DNA from: a virus
Lineage: Duplodnaviria > Caudoviricetes
Reading direction: 5' to 3' (one strand)
IMG/VR virus record: IMGVR_UViG_3300036546_000109
Location: 23,182 to 87,181 of that record
DNA: 64,000 nt
Made by a program: the position numbers and the translations under genes. Shown here one piece after another: positions 57,430 to 64,000 of this stretch; position 1 is the first letter of the stretch; each line of letters begins with the position of its first letter. The notes beneath the pieces are model-generated. The model saw only the letters and a program-made list of their open reading frames with translations. It was not told the DNA's origin and did no database searches.

Positions 57430-58866
57430 TTATATGTTGGAAAATGGGTTGTTAGATTTGAGGTTTGTTGATAGGAGACCGGGACCAAAGTTTGGAATAT
57501 GTATCCTAGACGCTAGGGCAGCGAAACAGTCGCTTAGCGTATCGACGACATCATCGTGGCCGTTTTTACCCGACTTGCGCTGTCCCGTGAAGTTCTCCAC
57601 TTCGTTGTAGAAGAATGTCAGATCGTCATATACCCCATTCTCAAAATCAGTGCCGCAGTCTTTGAGAATATGCATAAACCCGTTATTAATAAAAGCAGCA
57701 ACAGGACGGAAGCGATTAAGCTTATCCCCACTCGCCTTCATTTCACGAACAACATATCCTTGACTGATGATCTCTTTCTTGATTTGAGAGTTTGCAAATC
57801 TTGCACTAGCTCCGGGGTCAAGAGGAATGATAATGTCAACGCTTCTACCATCACGCTCTGCGTTTTCAAGAATGAACTTAGCCCATTCTTCAACACCAAT
57901 CCGAGTTCGTTGAACGTCGTGAATGAAATAATCACCATTTTTCAACTTACTCATTTTAATAGATACAAAATAGTCTGGATCGTAGGTCATATCCTTTGTC
58001 TTCTTCGTAGAAGCAAAGTCATATGCGCGAACAGTCTTTACAATCTCGTTCCACGGAGGAGGATTATCAGCTTCTTTAAATGCTTCCCGTCTGACAAGAC
58101 CTTCACCTGCAGCGCGGGCCTCCCAGTTACCGTGCAGCAGAATTTCTTTCTCAATACGCCCAAGACCTTCAAGAAAAGCAATATAACTGTCTTCGATGTA
58201 TGGGTTGTCATATACCGAGGCAGAAATCATCGCAAACGAAAGTGGTTTGATTTGCTTCTGGTGTGAGTCAGGAAGAAGATTTCCATCTTCATCTTTTCTT
58301 CCGTACTTCTCGAAAAGTTCGTCTCGTGTGTCAGCCCAAATCATTTCGTTATCAATACGAATGAACCAACGAACTTTACCCTGCTTATCTGGATCAGGGC
58401 GACCAAAGAACTCGTGCCCCGACGGGTACAAATACCAGTCGATCCATTTTCTAACCCAGGAGTCAGGCAGGGGATTCATCGTCGCACGGGCGACTGGCTT
58501 CATGTCGGCCTTTGTACGCAAACGAGAGAGAATATAGAGGAACTGAGACTCCTCGAACTGGCACAACTCATCTAGGACACACGAGGAAATTTGTGAGCCT
58601 TGAAAATTGTCCGTATCATCTACACGTTCAAAGTGTGTAAAAGAAATCTCTGCCTTTCTCTCTACTTCTTTAACAGGACCGAGCGTAATCTTCATATCTT
58701 TCAACCGAATCTTTGCTGATCGGTCTACTTGTTTGTAGAGTGCCCTTGCCTCATCCCATATTGCTCCGGGTTTAGTCAGCATCGGAGTGGTCCGACGAAT
58801 TGTCAAACCTTTGTAATAAGGGATATGAATATATTTTAGGTGGTGCATAAGGCTGGCAAAAGACTT
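57430..58866 (-). CDS. terL: terminase large subunit, exon 2
   Basis: Begins with the K-S of Walker A; Walker B VLDELCQF; ATMNP; RNase H-like domain RAYDFA...HDDVVD. Confidence 0.92.
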   Translation of the reverse strand, partial: KSFASLMHHLKYIHIPYYKGLTIRRTTPMLTKPGAIWDEARALYKQVDRSAKIRLKDMKITLGPVKEVERKAEISFTHFERVDDTDNFQGSQISSCVLDELCQFEESQFLYILSRLRTKADMKPVARATMNPLPDSWVRKWIDWYLYPSGHEFFGRPDPDKQGKVRWFIRIDNEMIWADTRDELFEKYGRKDEDGNLLPDSHQKQIKPLSFAMISASVYDNPYIEDSYIAFLEGLGRIEKEILLHGNWEARAAGEGLVRREAFKEADNPPPWNEIVKTVRAYDFASTKKTKDMTYDPDYFVSIKMSKLKNGDYFIHDVQRTRIGVEEWAKFILENAERDGRSVDIIIPLDPGASARFANSQIKKEIISQGYVVREMKASGDKLNRFRPVAAFINNGFMHILKDCGTDFENGVYDDLTFFYNEVENFTGQRKSGKNGHDDVVDTLSDCFAALASRIHIPNFGPGLLSTNLKSNNPFSNI

Positions 58867-59170
58867 CTGGTTCTTCAAGATTGGTCGCTACTCAATCCCC
58901 GCAACATTACTTGCAGCTCTTATTTTCATAAGAAGTTGAGACTATATCATCACCCCTCGGGGTGCCTACCGCTTCGTCCTGCTTAGGACTACATTTAGTC
59001 GTTGAGGGTTTCTCTTTTAAGAGACTTCCCTGCTGATTGCCCATTGTTACATCCGATAACTTTTCAAACCGTGGCTTTGACTTTCGTCTCGCAGTGGTAT
59101 ATCGACTTTAGGGGTTTCCAGCATTTCAATAGGTTTTTACTTCACCGTTACCGATGAAGGGGGCAAATCT
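58867..59170 (-). ncRNA. group I self-splicing intron (304 nt, no ORF)
   Basis: P1 GGGGGU/GCCCCC with U-G at the splice site; P AATGCTGGAAA, Q AATCAGCAGG, R TCAACGACTA, S GATATAGTC; terminal G; splicing restores GGQAGGGKS. Confidence 0.92.
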
Positions 59171-59332
59171 ACCCCCGCCTGCTTGTCCACCATAGAAGAT
59201 AATATCTACCTCCTCCCCTTCATCAGTGGCATACTTGCTACGCTTACCCGTCCCGTCTCTTAGTGTGAGAAACAACTCTTGGGGTTTACTGCAAGGGGAT
59301 ATTACTGTCTTATTACTCTTTGTTCCAGCCAT
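59171..59332 (-). CDS. terL: terminase large subunit, exon 1 (54 codons)
   Basis: PQELF...[11 protein letters not shown]; spliced product is 532 aa. Confidence 0.9.
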
Positions 59333-60176
59333 AATATTTCAGTTCAGCCTCCTCACGAGCTTTAACAGCATCGTCAAAATTAGCAAACATTCCCAATCGG
59401 ATATGTTCGTTATTGACATGGATTTCGGCAGACCACTTTCCTTGTTGAGTATAGAAACTCACTCCTGATTTACCGGAAGTGTTGTTTGGATCAAGCCGTT
59501 TGTTGTAACCTTGGACACTATTCGTTGCCCATCGGCAATTTTCTTTAGAGTAGTCACCGTTATAATCTATTCGATCAAGACTCATACCGTCCGGTGCCGG
59601 ACCCATATCTTCGTAGAAATTTTCAAACGAACCACCAGCTTTAGGATTCCAGCGGTCACAAACTTTAATACCTCTACCACCGTAGTTTTCATAACCCAAT
59701 TGCTGAGGGCAATTGCAACGGCGAAGCATACCTTCATGGATTTGATAAGTTCTGGTATTTGATAAGCCGTGTGTCTTCCGACTTTCCTCGCCAACGCAAC
59801 CACAGGAAGTGGTATTTCCCGATTTAAGATTATTCGTTCTAACTAAAGTCAGATTAGGATTTCCACAAGAGCATTTACACCAAACTTGTCGAACTGTGCC
59901 GGAGTCGTATTTGACCTTTGGTCCTTCTGAGATAATGGTAAGTAGGCCAAAACTATTGCCCGGAAGGTAATCAGCAGATTTCATCCCACAACCGCAAGTG
60001 ATCTTTTTCTTGCCTGTGACTTGTTTGTGTTCTAGAATAATTGTCCCACCACAATCACAAACGGCGTTCCACTGTGCTGTCAGTGCTGTGTCAGTCTCTG
60101 TGGGATTATTTCTGCCTAGAATTGTGAGAAACCCTATCTTCTCGTTGGTGTAATCTTTTAATTTGTACTTTCTCAT
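59313..60176 (-). CDS. HNH homing endonuclease with AP2 domain
   Basis: Repeated GLLTI...C.C.CG units, [34 protein letters not shown]2 tail. Confidence 0.9.
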   Translation of the reverse strand: MRKYKLKDYTNEKIGFLTILGRNNPTETDTALTAQWNAVCDCGGTIILEHKQVTGKKKITCGCGMKSADYLPGNSFGLLTIISEGPKVKYDSGTVRQVWCKCSCGNPNLTLVRTNNLKSGNTTSCGCVGEESRKTHGLSNTRTYQIHEGMLRRCNCPQQLGYENYGGRGIKVCDRWNPKAGGSFENFYEDMGPAPDGMSLDRIDYNGDYSKENCRWATNSVQGYNKRLDPNNTSGKSGVSFYTQQGKWSAEIHVNNEHIRLGMFANFDDAVKAREEAELKYYGWNKE

Positions 60177-60321
60177 AAAACAAATCTCCTAAATAAAGAT
60201 GACGCCCTGCTGGCGTAGCCGTATTTCTACAACTCTATAGCCAGCCTTACGGACCGTCAATATTTATCACAACAGAGGCCAAACTATTGTTCAACATGTT
60301 GTTGGAGCTAATTAAATAAAA

Positions 60322-60405
60322 TGGTGGATGAGGTTCGACTTGCACGAACATTGCTTTCGCGGCGGATTTACAGTCCGCTGGGGTTACTAATTTTCCTACT
60401 CATCC
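60322..60405 (-). tRNA. tRNA-Tyr (GTA)
   Basis: GGATGAG/CTCATCC acceptor stem, CTGTAAA anticodon loop, long variable arm, encoded CCA. Confidence 0.9.
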
Positions 60406-60476
60406 GAAAACTTTTCTTCAAGCTATGTGCTAATTATAAGTCATAGCTTGTTTCTACGTCAAGCACTTGTAGCTAG

Positions 60477-60944
60477 TTATTCTTCTTTTTCTTCAGAAAT
60501 TTCTTCTACTTTACTTTCAGAGTCTTCTGTCGAAGGAGATTCTTCTTCAACCAACCCACCTTTAGGAACAAGCTTCTCCTTAGAGATAGCATTGGCATCT
60601 TGTCCTGTAGCTTTCAGATATTGTCGAGTCATAATTGCACGATCACGACCGCGAATTTGACGACTCTTAACAGCATCCCTGAAAGCAGGAAACTCCATAG
60701 CATCAAGTTGTTCACGAGTGTACACTTCATCAATCTTAAACACTTGAACACCCGGCTCATTACGAAGCAACTCAGATGTTTCAATGGTAAGCCAAGCATG
60801 GTGGGGGAATTTAGCTTTAGGGGTGTGGCCCTCTTTGACCTCAGCACCCATCTTGATAAAGCGAATGAGGTTTTCCAACCACTTAATGCCAAGCACATCT
60901 ACAGGACCAAGTTGAATCTCATATTTATTTACAATGTTTGTCAT
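60477..60944 (-). CDS. hypothetical protein with acidic C-terminus
   Basis: 155 aa, AGGAG RBS. Confidence 0.75.
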   Translation of the reverse strand: MTNIVNKYEIQLGPVDVLGIKWLENLIRFIKMGAEVKEGHTPKAKFPHHAWLTIETSELLRNEPGVQVFKIDEVYTREQLDAMEFPAFRDAVKSRQIRGRDRAIMTRQYLKATGQDANAISKEKLVPKGGLVEEESPSTEDSESKVEEISEEKEE

Positions 60945-60984
60945 AATTCGTATCTCCTAATTCTGTTATTAAGGGCAACCTTAA

Positions 60985-61212
60985 GGTTGAGTGATACGCT
61001 CCTCCTTTAGAAACGTATTAGTCAAACTTAAAGAAATAGGAGCAGCCTGCTTGGAACGAGGGCTGCAAGCTCGTCGGAGGAGGAGCATCTTTCGATGCCA
61101 TGCCAAGCTCATGTGAATTCCCACTGGAATGCAACCGTCAGGAAAAGGAACGGGCACTCTTTGTGGGGAGGAGAAGCAACCAAATGAGAATTCCCTTGCG
61201 GGAAAGGTTGCT
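60985..61212 (-). ncRNA. candidate structured RNA rich in CUCCU motifs
   Basis: ORF-poor region with several hairpins, including GCAA and GAAA tetraloops on the minus strand. Confidence 0.45.
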
Positions 61213-61852
61213 AGGAGATGTCTTTGTACGGGTTTATTTCGCAGGTATAGCCTTTCCAATAGTCATACTCATCAGCTTCAACCACTCCATTGTGTTCAAG
61301 CTTGATTTTGTTACCAATCTGAATAACAAGCGCACGTTCGCTGTTTCCATACTGCTTTACAAGATAGAACATATAGCGAGGAATCCATTTACCGGATTTC
61401 TTGGTAGGAGTGGCTTTCAAGAATTGCCACCCCGTATTCACTAAATCATCACGGACATAATCTTGACCAGCAAGCTTGGTGAACGTATAGTCTCGTACAT
61501 CACAGCCAATTACAAAGCGCTTGAAGTAGTTGAATGGGTTGCGTACTGCACTCCACCAAAACATATTAAATGGCTTAGAGCTATCTGCACCAAAGCTATT
61601 AGCGTCCCACCAACCTCTGTGGTCGCCTCTAAGGCCATCTTCGATGTTCTGCCAAGGCTTCAACCAATTAGGTAAATCTTCGTACACCCAATTTCTGTGA
61701 GTGTTGAAAGTAGTGAAGGGTTTTTCTGTACTAGAATCTTTCTTTCTGAATATCAAACCCAGAGGGACGACAATCAATCCGAGGACAATCCCTGCGAGCT
61801 GCATCAGAAAGAAGAAAAGCCACGTAATAGTGGCTGTTAGAATATCTTTCAT
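61211..61852 (-). CDS. membrane-associated conserved phage protein
   Basis: N-terminal transmembrane segment; Trp-rich LPNWLKPW..EDG...WSAVRNPFN. Confidence 0.75.
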   Translation of the reverse strand: MKDILTATITWLFFFLMQLAGIVLGLIVVPLGLIFRKKDSSTEKPFTTFNTHRNWVYEDLPNWLKPWQNIEDGLRGDHRGWWDANSFGADSSKPFNMFWWSAVRNPFNYFKRFVIGCDVRDYTFTKLAGQDYVRDDLVNTGWQFLKATPTKKSGKWIPRYMFYLVKQYGNSERALVIQIGNKIKLEHNGVVEADEYDYWKGYTCEINPYKDIS

Positions 61853-61859
61853 TTAATCC

Positions 61860-62470
61860 TCCAAAAGAATAAGCGAATGTATAGCCACCAGCAACCCTAT
61901 GCCTACATTCCGAGCCGTCATACTACAGCCCCTCAACCATAACGTAGCGGACATGGTAGATGTGCGCCTTTAACACGTCGCACAATGGCGCGCTTAAATA
62001 TTTGCCACCTTTCGCTAAACGGTGAAATTAGTATGAGTTGGCAACTCAGGTTCATGACGGGATTCACAACCCTACACGTCTTTCCGTAGTGTCTTTATAC
62101 AAGCCATCGGGTCTTTCGGGGTTACTGGTTTGTGTGCTCTACTATAAACCCTTTTTCGAGAAACTAAACACACCTAACAGCGTTACTGACTTGCATATAA
62201 ATCGGACTCTCTTAAAGCTAAGCTTCGTATTCCACTCTAGGTTGGAACCTCGTGAGAGGCGGCGGGATGCTTTCTTCCGGTTGCATTACCTCTTTTATTT
62301 CGTAGCGCCATAGGGACTCGAAAGTCTTCTACGTCCTAGCTGCATAGGCTGGTCTACTCGGCAGCGTCATAGATTGCTTGGCATGAAAGCACTTTACCAA
62401 CCTATGATCCGAATTTCGATAACGAGAAATCAAATCGGCTTGTTTCCAACCAAGCTTAGGAATCTTTTAT
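61860..62470 (-). ncRNA. candidate large (~600 nt) structured non-coding RNA
   Basis: Longest gap without a credible ORF in the late arm; dense hairpins, UUCG/GNRA loops and long-range complementarity. Confidence 0.55.
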
Positions 62471-62497
62471 TTATTCAGGAGTGTGTTTCGTCAGAAA

Positions 62498-62878
62498 TCA
62501 CTTCTTCCCATCAACAACAGTGAAGCTCAGAATAGCTGCGCCTTCTTCTTCTTCATCGTCATCTTGTGGTGCTTCACCTGTTGGGGTGTCAGGTTTGTAG
62601 CATTCGTTAGTAAGCTCAATTGCTTTATCAATAACAAGCTTAGCTGCTTGCAACTGAACTGTAGCACTTACTCCGCCCTTCTCAAGGTCAGCGTCTAGAA
62701 TTGCTTCAGCTTTAGCAAGAGCTTTAGCTACAATCGGATTTAGTTTATTAAGCACCTCTGCCAATTTTTTCTGGCGTGGTGTACGGCTAGATTTGGTTCC
62801 GGGTTTTCTCCCACCTTTCGCTGCTCCGGTTCTTCCCAACTTATCCGGGACATCTCTAGAGTTTACTTCATTAGTCAT
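62498..62878 (-). CDS. probable terminase small subunit
   Basis: Basic GGRKPG N-terminus, helical body, position upstream of terL. Confidence 0.55.
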   Translation of the reverse strand: MTNEVNSRDVPDKLGRTGAAKGGRKPGTKSSRTPRQKKLAEVLNKLNPIVAKALAKAEAILDADLEKGGVSATVQLQAAKLVIDKAIELTNECYKPDTPTGEAPQDDDEEEEGAAILSFTVVDGKK

Positions 62879-63385
62879 TACAAATCCTTATAATCTTGAT
62901 TAGCTACTTTATATATCATTCTAGCTGTAAAATTTGTTTTGTTGAGAATTTCTTTTCTGGAAAACCCGTCCAAGAGCATTTGTTCAATCACCAACTTACC
63001 CTTTCTTGTAAGGCGATTATGGAACATATCAACATCTAAATCTCGCCAATCGTAAGGAGGAATTTTGGTGTAACAAGAATATGCTGTTCCACATATCGTC
63101 CGTTCTATAGCTCGACGTGCTACACCGTATTCTTCTGCAAGCTCTTTGCTTAGTATTTTACCCGTCTTAAATCTTTCCCTGATTTCATAGACTTGATCTT
63201 CTGTAAGCTTAGCCATCAAATTATCAGAACCATCTTGCTCAATAAGCCTTGTATGGCCATCTACAAGCATGTCCAACCAATTATCACGATCTGTTCCCGG
63301 TTCAAGATGTAGTGGGTTACAACACAGCTTTTCGTGACAACGGTGTCGAATCAGAAGACCATCTGGAATTGGACCTATAAATGCC
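62878..63385 (-). pseudogene. HNH endonuclease, 5'-truncated by IS insertion
   Basis: AFIGPIPDGLLIRHRCHEKLCCNPLHLEPGT..DN followed by HTH; the ORF-track N-terminus is IS sequence. Confidence 0.75.
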
Positions 63386-64000
63386 GGGTATTCGTAAAAG
63401 TGGGTTGGAACGGGGGTCAAAGCTCCCCCGCCTCGATCATGTGGATGAGTGTTGAAATGTCCGCGCCATAGTTCTTCTCCCATTTCTCATGCTTGTGTGG
63501 GTCGTAGGCTTCGGGCGGACGCATCGAGCGCACTTTCTCCATCACCGGCAACCCGTAGCCGATGGCATCGTCCGGCAGTCCATATCCCATTTCGACCGGC
63601 TCTGCCTCGCGCTTGCGCTCGAACCGTGGTCGCTTCTGCTTGTTGCTGTGGATGCCCACGCGCTTGCCGTGCATGGGCAAGTCCTTGAACACCTGCTCGC
63701 GGGTTCCCCACGAAGTCAGTCGGTCGGACTGGCAGTGCGGGCAGACAGCGGTCACGTCCACCGGCTCGGCGGTGACGTGGTAATCGTGGTCGGTTTCCTC
63801 AACCCGCAGCACGCTGTACTGCGGGAGGTTCAGGATATTAGCGGGCATCAACCACGCCTCCATAGCCATTTAGATGGCCGTCGTAGTACCCCTGTTCGAC
63901 CTTGTGAGCATCTTTGGGGAGATCAACAACTGCGTGCTTGGGAACCAAAACAGTCTCGCCACAATTGACGTAGCGCCGACCGGGCAGCATGACGCCGCCC
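63386..64000 (-). mobile_element. ISL3-family element derivative (continues beyond the window)
   Basis: Abrupt GC rise; end sequence GGGTATTCGTAAAAGTGGGTTG; truncated ISL3 transposase. Confidence 0.75.
63417..63869 (-). pseudogene. tnpA: ISL3 transposase with the catalytic core deleted
   Basis: zf-ISL3 N-terminus (CPHC...DLPMHGKRVGI) fused directly to a C-terminal tail; only 150 aa. Confidence 0.75.

Noticed and set aside
57556-58266. 236-aa antisense ORF over terL
   Set aside because: Shadow ORF without motifs or RBS.
62295-62410. tRNA-like TTCGAGTCCC segment
   Set aside because: No matching acceptor stem, anticodon arm or CCA; better read as a UUCG tetraloop within the larger structured RNA.
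62878-63483. Intact 201-aa HNH gene as given by the ORF track
   Set aside because: Its first ~32 codons come from the IS end, so the native start has been displaced.
1-64000. CRISPR array, integrase/att site, terminal repeats, hypermodified-base gene cluster
   Set aside because: No regularly spaced repeats, recombinase motifs, end-matching repeats or base-modification enzymes other than the C5-MTase were seen.

Overview
Most of the genome of a contractile-tailed (myovirus-type) bacteriophage with virulent-type gene content, probably infecting Pseudomonas or a related gammaproteobacterium. The host is inferred from consensus sigma70 promoters, a GH19 endolysin, spanins and a GC-rich ISL3 insertion. 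There are three transcription blocks. (1) Positions 1-10.9 kb, minus strand: an early region of small ORFs behind strong promoters, a C5 DNA methyltransferase carrying an out-of-frame HNH endonuclease gene nested inside its open reading frame, and a minimal family-A/T7-RNAP-like polymerase core protein. (2) Positions 11.2-33.6 kb, plus strand: replication and nucleotide metabolism (primase-helicase, PolA, SSB, exonuclease, phosphoesterase, dUTPase, an apparently decayed ThyX, NrdAB, glutaredoxin), ending in a plasmid-like AT-rich repeat/RHH/winged-helix module. (3) Positions 33.7-63.4 kb, minus strand: lysis, tail, baseplate, head, portal and a terminase large subunit split by a 304-nt ORF-less group I intron at Walker A, followed by tRNA-Tyr, two structured non-coding regions and a probable small terminase. 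The window carries about seven HNH homing endonuclease genes and ends in an internally deleted ISL3-family element that disrupts one of them. No integrase, repressor or CRISPR array was seen. All assignments come from motif recognition by eye; no database searches were run.
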